Part shown: positions 19,564-29,975 of the stretch, one piece after another | Layout: each line of letters begins with the position of its first letter | Numbering within the stretch: the first letter of the stretch is position 1 | Source: a virus | IMG/VR virus record: IMGVR_UViG_3300031997_000006 | Coordinates: 9,614-73,613 of that record | Length of the DNA: 64,000 bases | Strand: one strand, 5' to 3' | Notes under the pieces: generated by a model | The model's database searches: none | Told to the model about the DNA's origin: nothing | Seen by the model: the letters and a program-made list of their open reading frames with translations, nothing else | Program-made: the position numbers and the translations under genes

Positions 19564-22266
19564 ATGATTACAGATGATTTAACACTTGTACCAGATGCAG
19601 CAATATATAATGCACACGTAGAACCCGGTACTGCATTTCCGAGCTCTCCAACCATCGGTAGAATGTATTATTTAACAACAAATATTACAAACTATGATAA
19701 AGGCTTGTATATTTATGATGGAGCAACTTGGCAAACAGGTGATATAACCAGTGTTACTGCTGGTTTAGGATTGTCGGGTGGGGGAACAAGTGGTGCATTA
19801 ACATTAGATATTGATGTATCTGAATCAACATCTGGTCATGTATTAACATCAACAGGTTCTTCATCTGCACCTACATGGCAAGCATCCTCTGGTGGTGGTA
19901 ATAGTGCTATAGTAACCATACCAGGTGATACAAGTTATTCAAATGTTGGTTTGTTATTGCACTTTATTGGAACTAATGGATCTACTAACATTATAGATAG
20001 TTCACCAACTCCTAAGACTGTGACAGTTGGTGGACAAGCAGTAATCTCAACCACTCAATCAAAATTTGATGGTTCAGCTTTATATATAGATGGAGCATCT
20101 GTATCTAAATTGACAGTTCCAGCGTCATCTAACATTGTTTTCGGAACATCTGATTTTACTCTTGAAATGTGGGTGTACCCACTTAGCTCATACGGATACC
20201 GTGGAACGTTTTATCATGATGGTAATACATTCGCTGTAGTGTATGATAATACAGGAGAACGTAAAGTAGATTTTTGGGTTTCTAGTGAAGCAAAGATCAC
20301 AGGAACAACAAGTTTATCACTTGGTAATTGGTATCATTTTGCACTTTGTAGATCAGGCTCATCTACAAGAATGTTTATCAATGGTATACAAGAAGGAGCT
20401 ACGTATACAGACACTAACAATTATACTACATCAGGACCAATATGTATTGCTGAATGGCCATCTTGGTATAGTTTTACAGGTTATCTTGATGAGCTTCGTA
20501 TTACTAAGGGTGTTGCAAGATATACATCAAACTTTACACCAGTTGCGTATGCATATCCTAACGGAGTTACAGATGTAACTAATGTTACCGCGAATGGTAC
20601 TATATCTGGATCTAATTTATCTGGCGTAAATACTGGAAATCAAACAATAACACTCACCGGGGATGTGACTGGAACCGGCACTGGTTCATTTGCAGCAACA
20701 TTAGCGAACACCGCAGTAACAGCAGGCTCTTATGGAAGTTCAAGTTTAATACCCGTTATTACTGTTGATTCAAAAGGACGTATTACATCTGCATCAGCTA
20801 CATCAGCCACTGGTGGTGCTCCAGGTGGTACATATAATGTTGTATCATACGAAGATGCAAATTTCGCAAGTGTAGCTTTGTTATTACATTGCGACGGTAC
20901 AAATGGATCAACAATATTTCTTGACAATAGTACCACCCCAAAAACAGCGAGTGTTCACGGAGCTACTCATATAAGTACCGATCAATATGTTTTTGGTGGA
21001 TCAAGTGCGTATTTTAATGGAACAGAAGATTACTTAAGTTATATAGATAATGTAGATTATCATTTTGGTTCTGGTGATTTTACTATTGAATTATGGGTTC
21101 GAATTACTTCTTTTTCAAATCAAAATGGAATATTAAGTAAGTCTAACATAAATGCTTGGTCTCCTTATAGAATTATTACTAAGAGTGCAGGTTCAAGCCA
21201 AATAGTGTTTCAAGCTGCAAATACCGTAGCTGATGCTTGGGCAGTTACAGGTAATACAGGATTACTGATAGGAACACTATTGGTAGATACTTGGGCACAC
21301 GTAGCTATTTCTAGGTCAGGTAATAGCATAAAAACGTTTTTAAATGGAATTGCTGGAGAGTCTACGACATCAACGTTAAGTCTTTGGGATAATACAGAGG
21401 ATTTAACTATAGGCGCCACGGGAGTTAACGGGGGAGGATTTACTTATCTTACAGGTTATATAGATGATGTTCGTTTAACTAAAGGGGTTGCTCGATATAC
21501 TACTGATTTTACACCACCTAATGTTGCTAGTGTTAATACTGGTGGAATATCTACCTACACATCATTACAAACTAACAATAATGGAGATTTTGGTGGTCCA
21601 ACTACTTTAATATGGGATAATACAAATAAGTATCTTGGTGTTAATAAAGCAACACCAGCTCAAGCACTTGATGTTGTTGGTAATATAACAGCAACTGGTA
21701 CATTAACATTAGGTACTCCATTAGCGACAACACAAGGTGGTACTGGATTAACTACTTTAGGCACTAGTCTTCAAGTATTAAGAACTAATACAGGTGCAAC
21801 TGGGCTTGAATGGGGAACTGTTTCAAGTGGAGGTGGTAGTTCAGTAACACTTACCGATGATACAACAACTAACGCAACATATTATCCAACATTTGCAACT
21901 GTAAATTCAGGTACATTATCAGCTATTGATGTTGCATCAACAAAGCTTACTTTTAATCCAAGTACCGGTACATTATTTGCAACTAACATGGCAACATCTT
22001 CTGATAAAACATTAAAACATAATATATTACCACTTACAAACGGTTTAGATATTATTAATCAATTAAAACCATCTCAATTCAACTGGAATGTTAACAATAC
22101 TCAAGGTTATGGTGTAATTGCTCAAGATTTAGAGAAAGTTATTCCAAGTCTTGTTGAGTATACAGGTGAATATAAATCTGTGAAATATATAGAGTTAATT
22201 GGATTCTTAATTGCTGCTGTTCAAGATTTATCACAACAAGTAACTGAGTTACAAAATGGATGCTAA
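19564..22266 (+). CDS. Tail fibre protein with two LamG domains and S74 chaperone
   Basis: Two LLLH..G...GY.D..R.TKG modules; SDKTLK...GVIAQD. Confidence 0.85.
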   Translation: MITDDLTLVPDAAIYNAHVEPGTAFPSSPTIGRMYYLTTNITNYDKGLYIYDGATWQTGDITSVTAGLGLSGGGTSGALTLDIDVSESTSGHVLTSTGSSSAPTWQASSGGGNSAIVTIPGDTSYSNVGLLLHFIGTNGSTNIIDSSPTPKTVTVGGQAVISTTQSKFDGSALYIDGASVSKLTVPASSNIVFGTSDFTLEMWVYPLSSYGYRGTFYHDGNTFAVVYDNTGERKVDFWVSSEAKITGTTSLSLGNWYHFALCRSGSSTRMFINGIQEGATYTDTNNYTTSGPICIAEWPSWYSFTGYLDELRITKGVARYTSNFTPVAYAYPNGVTDVTNVTANGTISGSNLSGVNTGNQTITLTGDVTGTGTGSFAATLANTAVTAGSYGSSSLIPVITVDSKGRITSASATSATGGAPGGTYNVVSYEDANFASVALLLHCDGTNGSTIFLDNSTTPKTASVHGATHISTDQYVFGGSSAYFNGTEDYLSYIDNVDYHFGSGDFTIELWVRITSFSNQNGILSKSNINAWSPYRIITKSAGSSQIVFQAANTVADAWAVTGNTGLLIGTLLVDTWAHVAISRSGNSIKTFLNGIAGESTTSTLSLWDNTEDLTIGATGVNGGGFTYLTGYIDDVRLTKGVARYTTDFTPPNVASVNTGGISTYTSLQTNNNGDFGGPTTLIWDNTNKYLGVNKATPAQALDVVGNITATGTLTLGTPLATTQGGTGLTTLGTSLQVLRTNTGATGLEWGTVSSGGGSSVTLTDDTTTNATYYPTFATVNSGTLSAIDVASTKLTFNPSTGTLFATNMATSSDKTLKHNILPLTNGLDIINQLKPSQFNWNVNNTQGYGVIAQDLEKVIPSLVEYTGEYKSVKYIELIGFLIAAVQDLSQQVTELQNGC

Positions 22267-22317
22267 TCCTAACATATAAATAAACAAATAAACAATTAAA
22301 TATTCACGGAGAATAAT

Positions 22318-22485
22318 ATGTACGTATTAGTTAAAGACAATAAAGTATTCGCAGGACCAAACGATTGGAATATTAGTTTATTTCAAGCATATATTGAACA
22401 AGATTTTGGATTAACAGTAACATTGCCAACTACCGCTCCAGCTTCTGGTACAGATTTAGGTAATGGTATTATAGCATACATGTAG
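22318..22485 (+). CDS. Small ORF, probably C-terminally truncated
   Basis: MYVLVKDNKVFAGPNDWN...; TATAAATA at 22275 and GGAG RBS; ends where the glycosyltransferase remnant begins. Confidence 0.5.
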   Translation: MYVLVKDNKVFAGPNDWNISLFQAYIEQDFGLTVTLPTTAPASGTDLGNGIIAYM

Positions 22486-22829
22486 AAGCTGAATTATTTT
22501 CATTACAAAAAGATAATGGATTAGAAGAACTGAATGATGTTATAAATGTTACTGATTTATCATACCGGCTAAATAATTTAACAGATTTATTCGCTTGTAT
22601 TAATCAACTTGATATAATAATCACATCGTGTACATCAATAGCACATATTGCAGCAGCTATGGGAAAAGAAGTATGTGTTATTGTTCCCATATCGTGTTAT
22701 TATGTTTGGTGTAACCCAACAGATAAAACTCCATGGTATGGAGATAATGTTCATATATTTTATCAAAAACAACCAAGAAGCTGGATTGAACCATTAAATC
22801 AATTAAAACAATATCTAGGTGAAAAATAA
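22464..22829 (+). pseudogene. C-terminal remnant of a GT9-like (TPR-associated type) glycosyltransferase
   Basis: LFSLQK...LDIIITSCTSIAHIAAAMGK...TPWYG...FYQKQPRSW; no start or RBS for the N-terminal part. Confidence 0.7.
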
Positions 22830-22838
22830 TGTAGTGTA

Positions 22839-22885
22839 ATTATTACTTCTGATAAATATAATTATACAATAACAGGAGTAATAAT
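22839..22885 (+). promoter_or_regulatory. Late promoter (GATAAATA 22851) within an RBS-sequestering hairpin
   Basis: ATTATTACTTCTG / CAGGAGTAATAAT stem (one G-U) covers the AGGAG RBS. Confidence 0.6.
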
Positions 22886-25564
22886 ATGCTAGTAGATAAT
22901 TTAACCCTTATTACGGATGCAACCATTCATAATGCACATGTTGAAATAGGCACTACATTCCCTAATTCACCTACAATAGGTAGAATGTTTTATTTATCTG
23001 CAGATATAGAAGATCCATCATTTGATAAAGGTTTATACATTTATGATGGTACTGAGTGGCAATCAGGTGATATAACTGGTATTATCGCAGGTACAGGTTT
23101 AACTGGTGGAGGACTTAGTGGAACTGTAACGTTAAATATTGATCCAGATGCAATTTTACCATCACAATCAAATAATACAGGCAAATATTTAACAACTAAC
23201 GGAACTAGTCCTAGTTGGGGAGTAGTAACAGAGACATCACCAGGTGGTACATACACCAGTACTGGTGATGCAAATTATGCAAATGTGTCTTTATTACTTC
23301 ACGGTGATGGAGAAAATAATGCCTTTGTTTTTACAGATAATGCCTTTACTCCAAAAACAATACTATCTTCTGGTGGAACGTGTATTAGCACTACTCAAAG
23401 CAAATTTGGAGGATCAAGTTTATACAATAATGCAAATGCTGGATATTTATATTCTAATGGAGCTAGTGATTTCGCATTCGGTACTGGTAATTTTACAGTT
23501 GAATTCTGGTTTAAACTCGATAGTCTCACTGGTTACAATACACATTTATTTCATACAGGAGGAGTTGGGGATTTTTCAATAGTAGTAGATACAACCGGTG
23601 AAAGAAAAATATCTATACTGTTTAATGGATGGCAGACTGGGACTACTGCTATTGGATATAGTGGTGCTTGGTATCATCTTGCTGTTTGTAGAGTTGGAAC
23701 AACTGTTACGATGTATTTAAATGGAACTCAAGACCTTCAATATACTGGAGACAACACTAATTATACAGTGGCTAATGCAGGTCCTTATATTATGGGTTAT
23801 CCAGCTTCATATGGTTTTATAGGGTATTTAGATGATATAAGAATAACAAAGGGTGTTGCAAGATATACCGCAAACTTTACTCCACCTATTAATGCATTTC
23901 CTAATAATAGTATTATAGCTTATGAATCTATTCAACTTAATAATAATGGAAGTTTTGGTGGGTTATCAACTTTTATTTTTGATACTACCAATAATTATCT
24001 TGGTGTTAATAAAGCAACACCAACTCAAGCACTTGATGTAGTTGGTAATATAGCAGCAACCGGTACTATAACAGCAACTGGTGTTATAACTGGATCTAAT
24101 ATATCTGGTACTAACACTGGAAATCAAACTATAACACTTACTGGTGATGTAACTGGATCAGGTACTGGTTCATTTTCAACTACGCTTGCAAATTCAGGTG
24201 TTTCTGCTAATACATATAAATCAGTAACTGTTGATATAAAAGGTCGAGTTACTGCAGGTACCAATCCAACAACATTAGATGGTTATGGTATTACTGATGC
24301 GGCTCCATCGAGTCATTTAACAGATTACACTTTACATTTAACTTCAGGGCAAAATACTTGGATTGATGCTATTACAGCAACATCTGCAGAAGTTAATTAT
24401 TCAGTAGGTGTAACATCACTAATACAAACACAATTTGGTGGTAAATTAAACTTAACCGGTGGATCAATGACTGGTAGTATTGTTATTCCAACTGGAGCAC
24501 ATATTACCGTAACTGATGCTCCATCTAGCGGTACTGATGCAGTAAATAGAAATTATGTAGACTCTAATATAGCTGGATTAAGTTGGAAAAACGCTGTTAA
24601 AGCTGCATCAATTGAAGATATTGATTTAACAACTGGTGGTTTGTTAACAATTGATACTGTTGTACTACTATCTGGTAATCGAGTTTTAGTTAAAAATCAA
24701 GCATTACCGGAACAAAACGGTATTTACGTAGCCGCTGCAGGTGCTTGGTCAAGATCTACTGATATGGATCAGACAACACCTATAAATGAAATAAATTCTG
24801 CTGCAGTATTTGTTGAAAAAGGTTATGTTAATGCAGATTATGGTTGGACTCAAGTTAATAATATAACAACATTAGGTGATGATCCTATTTTATTTACTCA
24901 GTTCAATGGAGCTGCAAATATAACGGCCGGTATTGGTTTATTAAAAACTGGTAATGTACTAGATATAAATTTAGGAGCCGGTATTGTTCAATTACCAACT
25001 GATGAGGTAGGTGTTGATCTTTATTCAACTGGTGGATTAATGACTACAGTTGACGGTACTGCTAGTTCTACTTCAACAAATTCACAGTTATCATTAACAA
25101 AAGTTGGAACAGCAGGTACATATAAATCAGTTACCACAGATGCATATGGAAGAATAACAGCAGGTACTAATCCAACATCTTTATCCGGATATGGAATTAC
25201 TGATGCAGCACCAATAGCAAGTCCAACATTTACTGGAACACCTACATTACCTACAGGTACAATTGCAACTACACAAACTGCTGGAAATAATACAACAGCG
25301 GTTGCAACTACTGCGTTTGTAACAACAGCAGTAACAACTGTTGGATATCAATTTTTTACTGCAACTGCTAGTCAAACAGCATTTACTTTCACTAATTTTA
25401 CAAATGTAACTGGAACTCATAGATTACAAGTATTTGTCGATGGTGTTAAACAAATAGAGCCGGGTAATGGGGCAGCTTCGTCATATGCAGAAACAAGTTC
25501 TACTATTATAACGTTTGTTGCTGGATTAGACGTCGGTCAATATGTAGAGTGTTATTTTAGATAA
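22886..25564 (+). CDS. Tail fibre protein with LamG domain and gpH-like fibre repeats
   Basis: N-terminus paralogous to 19564; LamG module; TL.GYGITDA and SPTFTGTP..PT...NNTTAVATTAFV motifs. Confidence 0.85.
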   Translation: MLVDNLTLITDATIHNAHVEIGTTFPNSPTIGRMFYLSADIEDPSFDKGLYIYDGTEWQSGDITGIIAGTGLTGGGLSGTVTLNIDPDAILPSQSNNTGKYLTTNGTSPSWGVVTETSPGGTYTSTGDANYANVSLLLHGDGENNAFVFTDNAFTPKTILSSGGTCISTTQSKFGGSSLYNNANAGYLYSNGASDFAFGTGNFTVEFWFKLDSLTGYNTHLFHTGGVGDFSIVVDTTGERKISILFNGWQTGTTAIGYSGAWYHLAVCRVGTTVTMYLNGTQDLQYTGDNTNYTVANAGPYIMGYPASYGFIGYLDDIRITKGVARYTANFTPPINAFPNNSIIAYESIQLNNNGSFGGLSTFIFDTTNNYLGVNKATPTQALDVVGNIAATGTITATGVITGSNISGTNTGNQTITLTGDVTGSGTGSFSTTLANSGVSANTYKSVTVDIKGRVTAGTNPTTLDGYGITDAAPSSHLTDYTLHLTSGQNTWIDAITATSAEVNYSVGVTSLIQTQFGGKLNLTGGSMTGSIVIPTGAHITVTDAPSSGTDAVNRNYVDSNIAGLSWKNAVKAASIEDIDLTTGGLLTIDTVVLLSGNRVLVKNQALPEQNGIYVAAAGAWSRSTDMDQTTPINEINSAAVFVEKGYVNADYGWTQVNNITTLGDDPILFTQFNGAANITAGIGLLKTGNVLDINLGAGIVQLPTDEVGVDLYSTGGLMTTVDGTASSTSTNSQLSLTKVGTAGTYKSVTTDAYGRITAGTNPTSLSGYGITDAAPIASPTFTGTPTLPTGTIATTQTAGNNTTAVATTAFVTTAVTTVGYQFFTATASQTAFTFTNFTNVTGTHRLQVFVDGVKQIEPGNGAASSYAETSSTIITFVAGLDVGQYVECYFR

Positions 25565-25573
25565 CACATAAAA

Positions 25574-25633
25574 ATCAACGCATAGCTCATTATTGCAGTA
25601 TGCGTTGATCATTTATTATAAATCATATATAAT
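25574..25633 (+). promoter_or_regulatory. Hairpin plus sigma70-type early promoter
   Basis: ATCAACGCATA/TATGCGTTGAT stem; TTGATC-17-TATAAT (25605-25633). Confidence 0.6.
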
Positions 25634-25660
25634 ATGATATCAAACGGATGATATTATATT

Positions 25661-26128
25661 ATGAAAATACAAGAATACAAATTAGATATTTTTAATTGTC
25701 TATCACAAATTAATAAAAAAAATATTCATTTTTACGATAATCTACCAGAAGAAAATAAAAAAGGTTTTTTACCACTTATCGTTATGCGATGGTTATATAG
25801 ATCTCCTCATGAGCTCCAAGTAATATTATTAAATCAAATTGTTAATCCGTATATTTTTTCGTTAGGTAAACATCCTAGATTAATATATAAATTAATGACA
25901 ACAACTGCTGTTCAAGCAAATACAAATTATATTTGGAAATCAAAAAAACAAGAAATTAATTTACCAATGACATTGAGAATTATCGCTAAATTCTATAATA
26001 TTTCAAAACGAGAAGCAAAATTACATTTAGATAGTTTTACATCAGAAGATATTTTTAGTATGGGAGAAGATATAGGAATGCAAATCGAGGATCTTAAAAA
26101 ATTAAAACAAGAATTAAAAAAAATATAA
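25661..26128 (+). CDS. Probable clamp loader small subunit (gp62-like)
   Basis: F.PLIVMRWL...N...H....YKL...W...YNISKREAK pattern; partner gp44 is in the window. Confidence 0.55.
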   Translation: MKIQEYKLDIFNCLSQINKKNIHFYDNLPEENKKGFLPLIVMRWLYRSPHELQVILLNQIVNPYIFSLGKHPRLIYKLMTTTAVQANTNYIWKSKKQEINLPMTLRIIAKFYNISKREAKLHLDSFTSEDIFSMGEDIGMQIEDLKKLKQELKKI

Positions 26129-26129
26129 T

Positions 26130-26801
26130 ATGTTTTATCAATGCTCATATTGTGACGCAATATTTAAATCTAGTGTTAGGTTTTTAAAACATAATTGTAA
26201 AGAAAAACAACGAACTGAAGAAGTAAAAACTACAACTGGACAAATTGCATATGGATTTTATAATAAATGGGTAAAAATACAATACGGTAAAATAAGTAAT
26301 ATTGAGACGTTTATGTTGTCTCGATACTATAACGCATTTATTAACTTTGCAACATTTATTAAAAAAATTAAAGGGTTAGCCGATCCTGATTTGTTTATAA
26401 AATTAATGATTCATAACAACTTTCCACCAATTATGTGGTGTAATCCAAAAGTGTATATTAAATATATTACTTATATGGAAAGTACGACTACTACAATTGA
26501 AAAAATAACAATAACATTAAAGACGTTAGAAAATATTGCAGAAAAAAATGACTGTGAATTATCGGATGTATTTAAGTATATTTGTATGTTTGATTTAATA
26601 CAACTTATTTACACGCAAAAGTTATCACCATGGGTATTATTACCAAGTAAAAAATTTATAACTTATGTTATGTTGTTAACAGAAGAAGAACAAATTATAT
26701 TAGATGATACAATAAATGCAAAAATATGGAAACAAATTTTTGACGCTGATCCTAAGTCAGTAAAGATTATTAGAAAATGTCTTAAACAATTATTACTATA
26801 A
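26130..26801 (+). CDS. Hypothetical protein with N-terminal zinc finger
   Basis: CSYC...F...FLKHNC; LSPWVLL. Confidence 0.6.
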   Translation: MFYQCSYCDAIFKSSVRFLKHNCKEKQRTEEVKTTTGQIAYGFYNKWVKIQYGKISNIETFMLSRYYNAFINFATFIKKIKGLADPDLFIKLMIHNNFPPIMWCNPKVYIKYITYMESTTTTIEKITITLKTLENIAEKNDCELSDVFKYICMFDLIQLIYTQKLSPWVLLPSKKFITYVMLLTEEEQIILDDTINAKIWKQIFDADPKSVKIIRKCLKQLLL

Positions 26802-26854
26802 TAATCTAACTTGATAAATAATAACATATACTATATAAAGAGGTTTTTGTTATT

Positions 26855-27727
26855 ATGTCATCAGATTATACTTTTAATTTTACTGATCCTACTGTAGATT
26901 CAATATTGGTCCCAACATATCATGTTGATGGGCCAGTTACTCCTATAACTAATACAGCTGTCGATCATATATCAAATCTTATACATTACCCAATAACAAC
27001 AACTTCACCGACTACTACATTAGTATTAGTTGGTAAAGGTGTTGCAGATTATGGTGAAACAATTCAACAAAATTTATTATATATGTTAGAACATTTTGCT
27101 AATGGTGTTGCTCCAATTAACCCATTAATTGGACAATTATGGTTTAACAAAAATCTAAATGTATTAAATGTGTATACTTCAAATAATACCTGGGTATCGT
27201 TATTCAATAGTACTGGTGGGGTAGTTTCTGGACCGATTGCATTAACTGGACTAATTACTGATAATAATCATGCTACAACTAAATTATATGTTGATACTAT
27301 GTTTAACTCAATAGATACTAATTTACAATTAAGTAGTAGTTATAATGAAGTGAATGGAAATTTAGAAATACAAGTAGGTAATGTTAATTCAGCAAATAAT
27401 ACAACAGTATATATACCACCAGTATCAGAGTTAGCAATATTAGCTCAATATAACGAATTTAACGAAGAGTTAACAGTATCATTATCAAACGGGCAACACT
27501 CGATAGTAAAAATCACAAAACCTACTATTGCTCGAACAAAAATTATATCCGCAGGTGAATCGATATTTTTTATACCTGAATATATAGTTAATAGTAATAG
27601 ATTATGGATATTTGTTAATGGAGTTAAACAAATTTTAGATGATGATTATATTGAAACAGATAGTACAACTGTAACGTTTACACTACCACAAGCTGTTGGT
27701 GTGAAGTTAGAATTTTTGTATATATAA
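26855..27727 (+). CDS. Virion structural protein (baseplate/fibre family)
   Basis: LVGKGVADYGE...MLEHFA...P..GQLWF motif shared with the next two genes; GATAAATA at 26813. Confidence 0.65.
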   Translation: MSSDYTFNFTDPTVDSILVPTYHVDGPVTPITNTAVDHISNLIHYPITTTSPTTTLVLVGKGVADYGETIQQNLLYMLEHFANGVAPINPLIGQLWFNKNLNVLNVYTSNNTWVSLFNSTGGVVSGPIALTGLITDNNHATTKLYVDTMFNSIDTNLQLSSSYNEVNGNLEIQVGNVNSANNTTVYIPPVSELAILAQYNEFNEELTVSLSNGQHSIVKITKPTIARTKIISAGESIFFIPEYIVNSNRLWIFVNGVKQILDDDYIETDSTTVTFTLPQAVGVKLEFLYI

Positions 27728-27740
27728 AAAGGAGATTTAA

Positions 27741-28187
27741 ATGGCGAATGAATATATTTTACATTATACAAAAGATGCGTTAAAAGCACCATTACATATA
27801 CATCCTAGAACAATTGATCGTGCGTCATCTTCGATTATATTAGTTGGAAAAGGAGTACAGAATTATGGTGACGAGATACAAGAAAGTTTATTACATATAC
27901 TTGAACATTTCTGTAGTGATATTTCACCTACAGCTCCAACGGAAGGTCAATTATGGTATGATTCTCATAATAAAATCATAAAAGTATGCACTGGATTTTT
28001 ATATAATTCATCAATACCACCGAATAATATAGCTGACCCTAATGATCCACATTATTTAAGGGACATTAATGGAATTCGAGTACCTAAATGGAGTAATTTA
28101 GTCGGTTCAAATGGATTAGGAAATAAAACAATATCAACTAATCCTCCTTCAGGTGGAGTTGATGGTGATATATGGTATCAGGTATAA
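27741..28187 (+). CDS. Virion structural protein, paralogue
   Basis: LVGKGVQNYGD..LLHILEHFC...GQLWYD. Confidence 0.65.
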   Translation: MANEYILHYTKDALKAPLHIHPRTIDRASSSIILVGKGVQNYGDEIQESLLHILEHFCSDISPTAPTEGQLWYDSHNKIIKVCTGFLYNSSIPPNNIADPNDPHYLRDINGIRVPKWSNLVGSNGLGNKTISTNPPSGGVDGDIWYQV

Positions 28188-28190
28188 ACT

Positions 28191-28331
28191 ATGAAACATA
28201 TATATGTAAGAAATAATAATAGTAATAATCCAGTTCAACACACATACGTACATACAGCTGGATATTGGGTATCGGTTGTTTCAGTATGGGTAAAACAAAA
28301 TGGAACATGGATACAAGTTTTCATAAATTAA
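28191..28331 (+). CDS. Small fibre-associated protein (not in ORF track)
   Basis: MKHIYVRN...VWVKQNGTWIQVF, 46 aa. Confidence 0.5.
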   Translation: MKHIYVRNNNSNNPVQHTYVHTAGYWVSVVSVWVKQNGTWIQVFIN

Positions 28332-28402
28332 ATAAGTTTTAATAAATATAAAATAATACCGTAAAAATTACGTGAAGCGGCACGATTAAGGAGAATATCA
28401 AC

Positions 28403-29929
28403 ATGGCTAGTGAATATATAATTAATTACTCAAGTGATGTATTAAAAGATGCATTCACAATTTTACCAAGAACAGTCAACAATACTACATCATTAGTATT
28501 ATATGGAAAAGGTGCACCTAGCTACGGTGAAGGATTACAAGAAGATTTAATACATTTATTAGAAAATTTTTGTAGTGATACTGCACCAGCTCGTCCTACT
28601 ATTGGACAATTATGGTATCATAATAGTGCTTCAGTCTTAAGTATTTGTACAAGTATTACTCCGGACACATGGAAAGTTATTGGTATTCAAACAAGTGATA
28701 TTGCACCTGTCGGTATTGAAGTTGGAGCTCTGTGGTTTGATATAGGTGAAGGTATATTAAATTATTGGGATGGAACAAAATGGGTACCTTTAGGTAGTTC
28801 TAGCGCAACCGGTGGAATTCCACCTTCGGGTCCTAAAATTGGACAATTGTGGGTAGATACCAGTATAGGTGTATTAAAATATTGGAGTGGAATACAATGG
28901 ATATCGGTAGGTACTAATGATGAACAGACTGATTATGTTGCAGCAATTATGTTACTTTTATCTCCAGTTAGAGCAGGTTATTTAAGTACAGTAACATCAA
29001 ATGTACAAGATCAGCTTGATGCACTATTTGGTGATATAACTAATATACAAGATCAACTTGAACTATTAGATACATGTGCTACTGCAGTAGCTGGTAAAGT
29101 AAGTAAAATCGGTGATACTATGACAGGATATTTATTCTTACATGCTGATCCGCTTTTAAATATGCAAGCCACTACTAAAAGATATGTTGATCTAGCAATA
29201 TTTAATGCACTTAAACAGATTGGTGGATCAAATAGTAGTAATCAACAACATCAAATCGTAGTGCTCGCTACTATTAATGCACAAACAATTTTTACACTCC
29301 CTACCGCTCCTACTGCAGCGCATGTTGTATATGTTTCTGGGGTTGAACAATCATTAACTAATTATACTTTAGTTGGAAAGATATTAACATTATCTGTTGG
29401 TGTTATGAGTGGGACTGAAATTATGATTGACTATTACGATTTAAATGGTTCTCCTAACGGTGTATCTGCTATGCATATACAAACACAAGATACAATTGCT
29501 AATCAAACTGTATTAAATATAACTATCCCATATATAATGGGAAATAATAGTTTAATGGTATTTTGTCATGGTATTAAACAACAAATAACAAATGCATACA
29601 CAGAAACATCAACAACATCAATTACGTTTACTGTTCCATTAGATGTTGATACAGAAATTACTACTATTTCATATGCACTTATAGGTGATGCTGCAATACA
29701 AAAGAATTCATTTATAGCAACAGCTGGTCAAACTGTTTTACCAATTGTCCCTATATATCATCATACAAACAATCCATCAGATCCGTTAAATGTTGATGTT
29801 ATGGTGCATGTTGCAGGTGTAACACAAGGATTAACTGAATATACTGAAACAAATGGTTCATCGATAATTTTATCGAGTGGTGTAGCAGCTGGTACACCTA
29901 TTGAAGTTTACGTATTTAATATAAACTAA
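28403..29929 (+). CDS. Virion structural protein, paralogue with repeated GQLW and V.V.G..Q modules
   Basis: LYGKG..SYGE...LLENFC, three GQ/ALW repeats, C-terminal beta-repeat units. Confidence 0.65.
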   Translation: MASEYIINYSSDVLKDAFTILPRTVNNTTSLVLYGKGAPSYGEGLQEDLIHLLENFCSDTAPARPTIGQLWYHNSASVLSICTSITPDTWKVIGIQTSDIAPVGIEVGALWFDIGEGILNYWDGTKWVPLGSSSATGGIPPSGPKIGQLWVDTSIGVLKYWSGIQWISVGTNDEQTDYVAAIMLLLSPVRAGYLSTVTSNVQDQLDALFGDITNIQDQLELLDTCATAVAGKVSKIGDTMTGYLFLHADPLLNMQATTKRYVDLAIFNALKQIGGSNSSNQQHQIVVLATINAQTIFTLPTAPTAAHVVYVSGVEQSLTNYTLVGKILTLSVGVMSGTEIMIDYYDLNGSPNGVSAMHIQTQDTIANQTVLNITIPYIMGNNSLMVFCHGIKQQITNAYTETSTTSITFTVPLDVDTEITTISYALIGDAAIQKNSFIATAGQTVLPIVPIYHHTNNPSDPLNVDVMVHVAGVTQGLTEYTETNGSSIILSSGVAAGTPIEVYVFNIN

Positions 29930-29975
29930 TGTAACGAGATAAAAGGATACAAATATATAAATTAATTAAATATAT

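Noticed and set aside
2206-25564. Diversity-generating retroelement or invertible fibre cassette
   Set aside because: No reverse transcriptase or invertase in the window; the repeats are direct and not adenine-specific
29951-29970. Possible TnpB guide target (ATATAAATTAAT match)
   Set aside because: A 12-nt all-A/T match is expected by chance in this composition
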